Notes: generated by a model not told the origin, from the sequence alone. DNA of 64,000 nt from Laetmonice hystrix (GCA_965235115.1 OZ249445.1:13206001-13270000), one strand, 5' to 3'; numbered from the stretch's first letter, positions 37,904 through 48,756 are shown. Made by a program: numbers and translations.

Positions 37904-40186
37904 ATTTTTCTATTGACAGAAACCTGCAACGTTCCCGATTTCCCCGTTTACGAATAATGGCGTTCGGTACTGATAACTTCCCCGATAGGCGGCGCCAACA
38001 GTCGAACTGAGATAGTCGTAACGCTAAGAATAGGCGAAAACTGACGAACTAGCTCAGCGAATTTCACGTTTCATCGCTTGTGGCATTGGGACCATTGCAG
38101 AGACAACACACAAACGCACTTTTCTTTTTTTAATAAGAAAAGGATAATTTCCTATTTTAGACCTTTTCGTGATTTCCATGGAATAGGTTTCGTCAAGCTG
38201 AAATTTCCTGACTCCCCACGATTTTCCTGATCTGGACAAACTCCGGATAAAGCACCCCATGGCTCCGCCACACGCAGGTGGTGCCATCTATCGTCAACCA
38301 CCCTACAACTACTGACAGGCGGCGCCACCGTATAACTGAGGGGCCCGCTCACTCTCCGGGGGCCCGCTCGGAACGACGCCAACAGTATGTCGCTGTTAAC
38401 ACGTTTCTAGAATCTCACAAATATTTCTGGTAAACAAAAACCAGTCAACCCTTAATTTCCCAAGGCCCAGGAAGCCCTGTAGTAATTGCTCGGCACAAGA
38501 TGTAAGAGAAACGGTTGGTTATTGGTTTATCAGCGGTGATTCAGACTGCATGGTTCCACAAAGGCAGGCCAGCTAATTAAGTTAGCATAGCCTACTCTTC
38601 CAACAAACCCCTAAACTTGTTATTTCCTTCCTAATAGGCTACACACGACAAAGCCTCATGGCATGAGGCCCGCCATCGTTGTGACAAAAGGTAGGACGAG
38701 ACTGGATTAATGTATTCAAAGGGACGAGACGCCAGGCCCCTGGATGCGGCTCTTTGTTGTGAACAAATACATGTACTCCAAACGACAAATTGAGAGGAAA
38801 TGTGAATACGTCAGCAGCCTTAAAATATAAAGAATGTGCACAATTTTAACCTCTGGAAAGAAAAAGAGATTGACTTTTACATCACTTTTCTTAGAAGGGG
38901 AAGTTGTTTCCCCCCAGGTGACCCCCCCCCCCCCCCCCCCATGGTGTTGGCGACATCATTAATTGGCCGCTGACTGACCACCAACAGTGATAACCTTTGT
39001 GTAAGTGAGTCAGGATGAACAACAGATCGTTTCTAATCGAGCTAACGTTCACAGATTAGACCAGTCGATTAGTAACATTGATATACTGTAATCTACATGC
39101 TTACTACCTGAGGAATACTTCCTTGTTTCCATTCTTCAGTTTGCCTATGTAACCGTCACGCATGAACAGTCTGACTTAAAAATAGGAGCCAATGGTAGGC
39201 CACCCGATTCTTTTGTATCGTGGGGCCGAGTCTAAAAACAGCGCTATGTGGTCAGCTGAGGGAAATCTCGGGCATTCATTTGGGGACACCTGCATGTACA
39301 TACCAATACCTGAAGCTTACGTTGTAAGCCTGACGGCCGCGCTGCCAGTACAGCCAGTGACACTGAATCGAGACGGATACTTTGTCTCACATACCTGGAA
39401 TTGACCAACTGTCCAGTGCCCACAAAATGCTTACAGACAAGTTTCGTACGCCATGATTGCAACAAGCCAACAACCTTCACAACCCCATCAGATCAGTCGT
39501 GTGTGTGTACCTGGATTTGAACGCCACACTCGATGAGGTATGTATGAGTTATAATACTTATTGTCTGCATGGTAACAACAAAGAATTTATCAACGCTTGT
39601 GCATTCGATGTCAACTTAACCAAGGTAAGTCTCGTTTATTTTATTATAACAAATGATCCGATAGTAGTTTTAACGAAACGACTGGCATTTTCAGGGTGAC
39701 AAGGGTATAAGTGGACTTGCTCTCCGAGTTGGGCCTTACATCAGAGGACTGGGAACAAAAGATTATAACCTTTAGATAAGCAGTTGTGTTAATACTTACG
39801 TTGTAGGTGTTACCTAGCCATCAAACAAGAGAATGGCCACTTGCAATAATATAACCACAAGTGAGCAAATACTGCCAGGTCAAGGCTTGATATGCCTATC
39901 GGCATGTGTGTGCTACTCGCACTTGGCGACAACCAAGCAATGTGTAACAATGTGTGGGTTTCAATATCGTGTACCCAAAATGCGCATTGTCTGATGCTGC
40001 CACCTAGTGAATAAAGGGCACATCTTCACATTCTGCTGTGAAGACCGAAAGTCTAAGAAGACGTTGAGGTCTAATAGTTAGAACAATGTCTGTAGTTGTT
40101 TGCAGAAATTTTGACAAACTAATAGTGACATTTTTGTTTTTATCTTCCCTGTTCTACTTCCTGGACCCACATAAAAAGGAGTCAAA

Positions 40187-40279
40187 ATGATGCCGCCTGA
40201 GCGAAAAAGACCAAAAAGAAACGGGAAATATGTTGGCGCGTCCCTCTTTGCAACACCAGGGCTTACGAAACCTCAAATT
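40187..40279 (+). CDS. TRPC: TRPC exon 1 (putative start)
   Basis: aaaATG, 31 codons, donor GTAAGT at 40280, phase 0; N-terminal length fits TRPC. Confidence 0.65.
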
Positions 40280-43200
40280 GTAAGTAGGCCAACTAAAGCA
40301 CTACACTGTATTTCTACAGTGGGCACAACACTGTACCAATGTAGATACAGCAATGGCGGGCCCGGGTATAGCCCGGGTTGTCATTCATGAATACATATTG
40401 ATTGTAGTCCGGATCATCTAACACAAACTGATCAAATGTGTCTAATTTTGTTAAATAAAGACACAAGAAACACCTCACTGCTTATAATTTATATTCGAAC
40501 GCTTATTATACGCCCCCCCCCCCCGACTCATACGCTTTCCGTTCAGCCTTCTTTTTCTTGTTGCTATTTAAAAACTTCATAATTTCATATTCATAATTCT
40601 CACAATCATTTCTTCATTAGCCGAAGGAGGAAGCGTTCCTGCGTGCGGTGGAGTCGGGCGACTACCCGAGTGTGCGCCGTATGCTGCACGACGACCCGGG
40701 TCTGAACGTCAACTGTACGGACCTGATGGGGAGGACACCACTCAGGATCGCCGTCCAGAATGAGAGTGAGGAGGTCAGGCACACGGCTGGGGAGGCGGGG
40801 GTTAGAAAATAAAGAAAAGAAGTTTCAGGAGGGGGAGGGAGGCGGATGTCTCGTTAAGTGAGGTCACAAAGATTGACTTGTTGCCAACATAGCTTAAATC
40901 ACCATAATAATTACACGTATAGTTATATAATAAAACACAACTCCTGTTTCTCCGGCAGATTGTCACACTTCTCTTGGACAAGGCCGGGAGAAAGAACATG
41001 TACGAGTCGTTGCTGTTAGCAATCAGTTTAGATCAAAACCACATCGCCATGATCATCCTCCGACACCCCATGTACCTCAAGCTGGAGAAGGAGGCGCGTC
41101 TCTATAGCAACGACAGTTTATTGTTTTCGGTCAGCAATCATGACTCGCTCTTTTCAGCCGAGACCACCCCACTCATCTTGGCAGCGCAGAGAAACAACTA
41201 CGAGGCAAGTCAACTCACATAGTCACTGTAATTGTCGTTATATACCTTTGATTCGCACTGTTTTCTGACATTCAACTCACATATCCACTGTAATTGTCGT
41301 TATACCTTTGATTCGCACTGTTTTCTGACATTCAACTCACATATCCACTGTAATTGTCGTTATACCTTTGATTCGCACTGTTTTCTGACATTCAACTCAC
41401 ATATCCACTGTAATTGTCGTTATACCTTTGATTCGCACTGTTTTCTGACATTCAACTCACATAGTCACTATAATTGTCGTTATACCTTTGATTCGCACTG
41501 CTTTCTGACATTCAACTCACATATTCACTGTAATTGTCGTTATACCTTTGATTAGCACTGTTTTCTGACATTCATGCAGGAAACTGCCACCAATGACCAG
41601 ACGTTTTAGTTCTCACATTTCCCGCCAGGTAATCTCGTTGCTCCTGAGCCGAGGTGCCCGGATTGAGGAACCTCACATAACCAGTTGTGACTGCTCCAAG
41701 TGTGAAACCCTGAGGAACTATGACGAGCTTCGCCAGGTCCGCCTGCGATTGGATACCTACGCTGTGAGCTCCACTCCGGCCACCTGGCGTTATCTCTGGC
41801 GGATTCAGTATTCCCTATTGACTTCAGTATCATTTTATGGGTTTCATCATTATTAATCAAGCCTGAATCATGACAATGTCCGTCACCTTTCCATTGTAGG
41901 GATTATCGAGCGAGGCGTACATCTCACTATCAGCAAACGATCCCATACTCTTCGCTTTCAACATCCGACAACGACTCTCCACTGTGGCCATGGGAGAGAA
42001 CCATTACCGGGTAAGATTGGAGCTATAGTCGAGGGGGCTCTTCGTCAGATCTGGTCTGGGCAGGATAGTGCTCCAGTACAACGACCTGAACTAATTAGGG
42101 GGTCGTATTTTATATCGTTGGGTGTTACTGAGATCCTGGGGCGGGTTGCACTAACGGTCCTACGGGTTAGGACTCAATTTAGGACCAGTCCTACTGAGTG
42201 TCATGCCCCCCAAGCACTTCATATCTATCTGAGTTTTAATAGCCCTTGAGATATAAAAGTTGACGAATTACATTTAAATTATGGATATTGGCCTCTGTTG
42301 AATGTAGGACTGGTCCTAAATTCAGTCCTAACCCGTAGGACCGTTAGTGCAACCCGCCCCAGGCCTTCAGGAACTTTCTGTTCTATGAGTACAATAAGGC
42401 CCATACATACATAGCTAAGCACAAAGATAAATCCAATCGACCTTCTCTACGCAGGATGAGTACGCCTTACTACGCTCCAAACTGAGTTCGTACGTAGTGA
42501 AGCTTCTGGAGAATGTCCGCGGGGACCATGAGCTCGACATCATCCTAAATGAGGGCTCGGCTGGGGGAGAGGAAATCCTCTCCCGTCTCCAGTTGGCCAT
42601 CCATTACCACGAGAAAAAGGTGAACACAGGCTTCCTGAAATCTTTCTTCTTCGAAACGTCGATAATTCGTTTCGATGATTCAAAAGCCATTCGAAAGTGC
42701 GATTCTTCCAATTGTGCTCCTTTAGATGGGAATGACATAGATCACTTAAAACATGGAGAATAAAGTATGCAACTCTTTGTTTAGGTAATAGGCCCACATT
42801 TTAAATTTGAAATCCTTTTTGTTGCCAGTTCGTAGCACATTGTGCCTGCCAGAAGAAGTTGACCACCATTTGGTTCGGCAGTATTCATAATGTATATGCC
42901 CGCTGTCCATCCAAGTTACACCTCTTGGTGATCCCGGCCATTGCCCTGTCCGTACCGTTCTTGGCCCCGATATACCTGATAGCACCTGCCACAAAGGTTG
43001 GTGTACTTTACATAAAGGTTTACAAGTACGGATAATGGTTATAAACCTAACATGCAAGCCAATTATTTTTGACACGAAAGTTCATTCTCCAGGCATTTTG
43101 AACAAAATGTACTCATGCCTTTTCCAATTTCATTTGGAATGAACACTTTTTATGCAGTTCAGTAGCATTGTTGGTAAAGTTTTCATGACGACACAACCCT

Positions 43201-46200
43201 ATATTTCACCGTCTGTTAGATTAGCCGTTTCCTTCGGACTCCATTTGTCAAGTTCATCGGGCAGACGACATCATTTCTCCTCTTCCTGTCCTTGATCATC
43301 ACGTTCAGTTTCAAGGCGAGGGCGTCCCATGACATGACTAAGCCGTCTAATGTACTCGATATGTCCAGAGTATGTGCAATGGTCAACAACATGACAGCCG
43401 CCGGTATCGTTGCTTCTAGCCACATACGGGAATTCGAACCCAACGTCCTCCTTCTCTGGCTTCACGTGTTCATTACAGGTATCAGTTATTATGGCGCATC
43501 GATTGCCTTCATTTTCCAGTGACGTTTCACATAAATGGAAAGGTTGAGAGCTAATAGTTTTATTTCGTCGTGAAGTACTCAAGCTATAATTAGCAAGTTC
43601 TAATTGATTGGTCTGCTCAAACGAGCAAATCAAAAGCCACTTACGTAAACTTTACTCAAGTTGAGAATTTGTGAAAAACTGGGCCGTGTCGACCCTCGTA
43701 ATAATGGTGTTTTGTTTTTGTGACTATCTAGGGATGTTGTGGCAAGAAGTCAAGCAGCTGTACGGATCCTCATGGAAAGGCTATTTTCGATCTCGTTTCA
43801 ACTTCCTAGATACGATTTCGTTGATGCTTTATATGGCCTCGTTTAGCCTCCGCTACGTCAGCTACTTAAAGGTGAGTCAATTTCCGTCAAACACATAAAA
43901 TTAGCGATTTGTGAATTCAGTATTCAGAAACCGACTGCAGGATGCCTTTCATTAATTAACTTGTTTAATAAACTAGAACAGAAGTCCATTATCACCTCCG
44001 TATTAACGTCTTGTGTCTACCTTTGTCCTAGACATTCATGGCTCTCAAGTATTTCGTTATCACCTCCGTATTAACGTCTTGTGTCTACCTTTTTCCTAGA
44101 CATTCATGGCTCTCAAGTATTTTGTTTTCACCTCCGTATTAACGTCTTGTGTCTACCTTTGTCCTAGACATTCATGGCTCTGAAGTATTTCGTTATCACC
44201 TCCGTATTAACGTCTTGTGTCTACCTTTGTCCTAGACATTCATGGCTCTGAAGTATTTCGTTATCACCTCCGTATTAACGTCCTATGTCTACCTTTGTCC
44301 TAGACATTCATGGCTCTCAAGTATTTCGTTATCACCTCCGTATTAACGTCTTGTGTCTACCTTTGTCCTAGACATTCATGGCTCTCAAGTATTTCGTTAT
44401 CACCTCCGTATTAACGTCTTGTGTCTACCTTTGTCCTAGACATTCATGGCTCTCAAGTATTTCGTTATCACCTCCGTATTAACGTCTTGTGTCTACCTTT
44501 GTCCTAGACATTCATGGCTCTCAAGTATTTCGTTATCACCTCCGTATTAACGTCCTGTGTCTACCTTTGTCCTAGACATTCATGGCTCTCAAGTATTTCG
44601 TTATCACCTCCGTATTAACGTCCTGTGTCTACCTTTGTCCTAGACATTCATGGCTCGTTATCACCTCCGTATTAACGTCTTGTGTCTACCTTTGTCCTAG
44701 ACATTCATGGCTCTCAAGTATTTCGTTATCACCTCCGTATTAACGTCCTGTGTCTACCTTTGTCCTAGACATTCATGGCTCTCAAGTATTTCGTTATCAC
44801 CTCCGTATTAACGTCCTGTGTCTACCTTTGTCCTAGACATTCATGGCTCTCAAGTATTTCGCAGACGATATAGACGTATGTATGGGTAACCTGTTAAAGG
44901 GAGACCACGTCGCCCTCTACCATTATTACTGGCTTTTTGCAGGTAAGTAAAATAGGTTAACTGACTCCCTCAAGTATATTCATCCTTTTCACCCCGAAAC
45001 GAGAACGCTCTTGTAACGTTGTAATGACCTGTTGGACTTGTTCTTCCCTCCCAGACAGGTACTATTGGAATGCGTACGATCCTCTTGTCATCGCTGAAGG
45101 GTTATTTGCGGTTGCAAATGTGCTAAGTTTCTCCCGACTCTTCTACCTGCTGGCGGCCAGCCAGCGACTCGGGCCACTCCAGATATCGATCAGCAGGATG
45201 ATGGCGGTAAGCTTAGAGACTACTGTAGTAACAGTCTGGACGTTTCGAGTGTGAACCATTTCGAGCGCCGACCACTTTGAGTACCGATTTCACAACTCGG
45301 CCTGTATTTCAACTTCCGTTCCGTTCTCAGAAGTCGGCAAGAATTGTATCCCAACTTAGCATGATCTTAACTTAAGCTCTGCTTAGCCTACCCATCTACT
45401 GTACCCAATGGGTGAGCAGTGTTTGGGTTGGAACTTTAACAAGTACAAAATGCGATCTCAACAACCAAACAAAATGGCTGCCTGAACACCCCCCCCCCCC
45501 TTTCATTCGCCCATGTACCGTATGACTGACTTCTAAAATTCCACACACAGGACATCTTCAAGTTCGCCATGATATTCTTCATCGTGTTCGCAGCGTTCCT
45601 GGTGGGGCTGAACAACCTCTACTGGTACTACGACCCGGAGGTGCGAGGGGCTGTCGAAATGACCAACTTACACCCTGTCGCTGACACCAAAGCTGGCCAC
45701 GCGTTTGGCACGTTAGTTGGATTCTCCGTTATCCTTGTTCATCGAGTTCTTCATTTCCTTTTATCCAACCATTCANNNNNNNNNNNNNNNNNNNNNNNNN
45801 NNNNNNNNNNNNNNNNNNNNNNNNNNNNNNNNNNNNNNNNNNNNNNNNNNNNNNNNNNNNNNNNNNNNNNNNNNNNNNNNNNNNNNNNNNNNNNNNNNNN
45901 NNNNNNNAGGCAATTTGAGATTCCCTTAGCCTATGTTCCAGGGCCGGGTTATATTTTTGTAGTCCTTCAGTTGCAATGTTAACTGGGGAAAGGAATGACT
46001 TGTTTTCAACATGACTTTGATATAATAAATTTCAATCTGTGATTTGTAAGGATGGAGCGGACGTTTCGGACGGTTTACTGGGCGCTGTTCGGTATGGGAG
46101 ACTCAGACGTTGTAGAACTCGGAGACCACTACCACGGCGCGTTCACCATGAGAATTGGTTACATCGTGTTCGGAGCGTACAACGTGGCAGCAGTCATTGT

Positions 46201-48669
46201 CCTCCTTAACATGCTCATCGCCATGATGTCACGTTCCTTCGACCAGATTCAGGTCAGTAGCACCCCCCCTCCATGATAACATTCCCAGGAGGGGCAAGTT
46301 CGTGGCAGGGTTAGAGAGAGGGATGCGGTTTTTTTTTAAATTGAATTTGAATTGTGACCGAAGTGAGGCCGATATTAAATATCTGTATAGATTTATAAAA
46401 TTTTAGGCCTGTACGAATTAGTCGTTTTTATGGCCTCATGGGAAACCCCTTCTGAATGAAATGAGTCTGGAAAAACGATGATTAATTATCCTAATTATGT
46501 TGTTAAAATGTATGATATGTTTTGCAGTCACAGGAAGACATCGAGTGGAAATATGCTCGGGCTCAATTGTACATGGATTTCATACAAGAGGGATCCACAC
46601 TGCCCGTGCCATTGAACATGATACCCTCGCCCAAGGCCATCTTCCGCTTCTGTACTGCCCCCTGCCGGTGGTTGGCCCAATCTAAGAAACCGGACGACGA
46701 GGACAAGAGTAACATAGTAAAACTGAACAACACAAAGTCAGATGAAACAGTCCCGGCTTGCATTGGCAAGTCTGATCAGCTTGATTTCCAGGTCTGCCAC
46801 ATGATGTTATATTATTATCAATATTATAACATAACATTTTCGTGTCTGTTTTCCAAGCTTCTTTTCGATTCATTCCAGCGCATATGTCATATAAAATGCA
46901 TATTCCGTTATGTTATAATCACTTCAGCATTATTTCTCCCTGCTTATGGTAGCCGCAATTACCGTGTCCAACCGTAACATTATTCACTGGTCGTCTCTGT
47001 CTAGAGTCCTTCACGTAGGGGAAGCGCCATCTCCAAGGTCAGTCATCAAAAGAATAGATTCAAAGATGACAATATAAGTGACTCGGCTGTCAGAAGGCTT
47101 CAGCAGATTGGAAACAAACTCTACAACAAAAGCGACTTGACAAGCCTCAAACACGACAATCTGTCATACGAGGTTGGCATGTTTTCCTTCCGTTGTACAC
47201 CATCTCTTCCTGGGCCCTACAGCCTACTCCTTAACGAAACCTAGGCCCTACAGCCTACTCCTTAACGAAATAGACAGACACGTATCCAAGATTAGTTTCA
47301 ATAACCTTTTGTTTGCGCCTTTTCAGGTTGTTATGAAGCGGATTGTAAAACGCTTCATATTCAAGAGCCAAGACAACGATACGTCACCACTAGAAGGTAG
47401 GTGGGCTGACAAGATGCCCTTTCGTTCATGAAACCATTCAGTGTCTACAGATCACAAAATTACTAATGTCTGTAAGTGAACATGTTTGCATAACTAATGC
47501 ATGGTGCTGTCTTGACATTATGTATGTTCCAATAGGACAAGATTCCTTTCATACGGTACAACCAATGTTTAACTCTATTTTCGTCCCAAATATTCACAGG
47601 TGAGATTGAGGAACTCAAACAAGACTTATCCAGTACAAGATATGAACTGGCGAATGCTCTTGATAACCAACAAAAGAAGATACTGCAGGCCGTCAACTAT
47701 ATTAGTGCAAAGCTGGACGTGTACACAGGAATAAACACGTCTGTCGAACCAGCCTTAGAATCTTTGAGAACGAATTACCCACAGCCGTCTGAGAGTCAAC
47801 AATGTACGTATCCCGAACGAGAACCTCTCCAACCTGACGGTTGTGTTCCACCACAAGGACCATCAGAATACACGACTCCGACTCCTCTAACTTCTGCTCA
47901 TCGAACCGGAGGCACCTTGGACGATTCTTATGGTTACGAGTCAATCGAAGAGGATGAGATTATTCCATGTTACGTCATGCACAACCAGCCATCGCCGGGT
48001 GGTCCCATCACCAATACGTCCGATCCCAGCCAGATCGACGTTCACGTCGACATGACTGGCATATACGACACGGACGCAAACTGGGCCGCAAAAGAGATAG
48101 ATGTCGATAGCATGAGTGTCAACAGTATGACTAACTCTGCTTCCGATGACGGATCGTACACTACACAACCCGCAAATATTGGTAGTCGGCAACCGCCCAA
48201 ATACTCGCAAGACGACATCCAGAGACTCCTAGCGGCATTCAACCGACATTACGAGGAAGAGTGCCATCTGGGAGCGACGCCATTAATCGTAATCACTCGC
48301 CCACAAGATGGCACTGCTGAATTTGAGTCGATTGCAATGACAGAGGTTGATAAAAGGCGCTCGTCCACTGTTAGCGATTCGCTTGCACGAGTTCCTTCTC
48401 GGCGTTTGTTTGGTTTCGCCAGGAACAGAAAAGGAACTTCCACTAAACACCGGTCTCCGCCGTTAAACCCCCCGGGCCAGTCCGCAGAAACCTCCCAGAG
48501 AGAAGAATCGACTTTCAGATTTAATCCCGAGTCCATCGTTCAGGCTCTCAAGTCTGTGTTTAAGAGAGGCGGGTCTGTCAACACGTCGAAATCCAACACT
48601 GATACAAGACAAATCTCCGAGTCGCAGTTAAACCTGACATCCGAGGATCACACCATTTCTCAGTGCTAG
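40187..48669 (+). CDS. TRPC: TRPC-family (canonical transient receptor potential) cation channel, 1164 aa; join(40187..40279,40621..40773,40959..41204,41629..41763,41900..42010,42455..42619,42829..42996,43220..43478,43732..43871,44837..44942,45055..45206,45551..45711,46051..46252,46528..46791,47327..47396,47600..48669)
   Basis: Ankyrin repeats (AFLRAVESGDYPSVRRML, TPLILAAQRNNYE), TRP_2 PHITSCDCSKC motif, LGPLQISISRM S4-S5 linker, VYWALFG pore, LLNMLIAMM S6, EWKYAR TRP box, ELKQDLSSTRYEL coiled coil; all phases compatible; CDS 3495 nt. Subgroup not assigned. Confidence 0.93.
40621..40773 (+). CDS. TRPC: TRPC exon 2 (ankyrin; missed by the ORF track)
   Basis: PKEEAFLRAVESGDYPSVRRMLHDDPGLNVNCTDLMGRTPLRIAVQNESEE. 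Confidence 0.92.
40959..41204 (+). CDS. TRPC: TRPC exon 3 (ends at a GC donor)
   Basis: IVTLLLDK...TPLILAAQRNNYE/GCAAGT. Confidence 0.88.
41210..41574. repeat. Minisatellite, 60-bp unit, about 6 copies, starting at +6 of the GC donor in TRPC intron 3
   Basis: tcaactcacatatccactgtaattgtcgttatacctttgattcgcactgttttctgacat repeated. Confidence 0.93.
41629..41763 (+). CDS. TRPC: TRPC exon 4
   Basis: VISLLLSRGARIEEPHITSCDCSKC...RLDTYA; donor GTGAGC. Confidence 0.9.
41900..42010 (+). CDS. TRPC: TRPC exon 5
   Basis: GLSSEAYISLSANDPILFAF...ENHYR; donor GTAAGA. Confidence 0.9.
42135..42363. mobile_element. MITE with 60-bp terminal inverted repeats in TRPC intron 5
   Basis: cctggggcgggttgcactaacggtcctacgggttaggact...ctac (42135-42194) is the reverse complement of 42304-42363 with 1 mismatch. 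Confidence 0.85.
42455..42619 (+). CDS. TRPC: TRPC exon 6
   Basis: DEYALL...ELDIILN...SRLQLAIHYHEKK. Confidence 0.9.
42829..42996 (+). CDS. TRPC: TRPC exon 7 (missed by the ORF track)
   Basis: FVAHCACQKKLTTIWFG...PFLAPIYLIAPATK. Confidence 0.88.
43220..43478 (+). CDS. TRPC: TRPC exon 8 (S1-S2)
   Basis: ISRFLRTPFVKFIGQTTSFLLFL...EPNVLLLWLHVFIT-G. Confidence 0.87.
43732..43871 (+). CDS. TRPC: TRPC exon 9 (S2-S3)
   Basis: MLWQEVKQLY...FNFLDTISLMLYMASFSLRYVSYLK; donor GTGAGT. Confidence 0.9.
43989..44860 (+). repeat. 13 x 68-bp tandem repeat containing branch point, polypyrimidine tract, AG and the first 24 nt of TRPC exon 10
   Basis: Unit ttatcacctccgtattaacgtcttgtgtctacctttgtcctAG/acattcatggctctcaagtatttcg; one unit is 57 bp. 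Confidence 0.96.
44837..44942 (+). CDS. TRPC: TRPC exon 10 (S3-S4 loop; uses the last acceptor of the repeat array)
   Basis: TFMALKYFADDIDVCMGNLLKGDHVALYHYYWLFA; donor GTAAGT at 44943; phase 0 in, phase 1 out, as required by the neighbouring exons. Confidence 0.85.
45055..45206 (+). CDS. TRPC: TRPC exon 11 (S4)
   Basis: DRYYWNAYDPLVIAEGLFAVANVLSFSRL...LGPLQISISRMMA. Confidence 0.92.
45551..45711 (+). CDS. TRPC: TRPC exon 12 (S5)
   Basis: DIFKFAMIFFIVFAAFLVGLNNLYWYY...HAFGT. Confidence 0.92.
45776..45907. other. Assembly gap (132 N) in TRPC intron 12
   Basis: Run of N; the flanking exons join in frame (AC|G = Thr), so no exon needs to be hidden here. Confidence 0.99.
46051..46252 (+). CDS. 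TRPC: TRPC exon 13 (pore, S6)
   Basis: MERTFRTVYWALFG...IVLLNMLIAMMSRSFDQIQ. Confidence 0.94.
46528..46791 (+). CDS. TRPC: TRPC exon 14 (TRP box)
   Basis: SQEDIEWKYARAQLYMDFIQEGSTLPVPLNMIPSPK...LDFQ; donor GTCTGC is weak. Confidence 0.87.
47327..47396 (+). CDS. TRPC: TRPC exon 15
   Basis: VVMKRIVKRFIFKSQDNDTSPLE-G. Confidence 0.88.
47600..48669 (+). CDS. TRPC: TRPC exon 16 (coiled coil + long low-complexity tail)
   Basis: EIEELKQDLSSTRYEL... open to TAG at 48667-48669. Confidence 0.88.
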
Positions 48670-48756
48670 TCAGTATATGTTCTGTACGAAACACAACGGG
48701 TCTACAGACCGGATCCCTTTGTAAACTGACACAACTAGTAGCTTCTTTTGCATGAA

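Noticed and set aside
39457-39537. Alternative TRPC first coding exon (VYLDLNATLDE/GT)
   Set aside because: The frame has a stop at 39454 and no ATG; 40187-40279 has an ATG and a stronger donor. It may be a 5'UTR exon (donors at 39538 and 39625) but this cannot be shown.
43989-44860. CRISPR array (also considered for 12199, 24459, 26541, 41210, 56082 and 61583)
   Set aside because: Units are contiguous with no unique spacers, there are no cas genes, and the context is a spliced eukaryotic genome.
45776-45907. Missing TRPC exon inside the N gap
   Set aside because: Exons 12 and 13 join in frame (HAFGT|MERTF) with normal S5-pore spacing.
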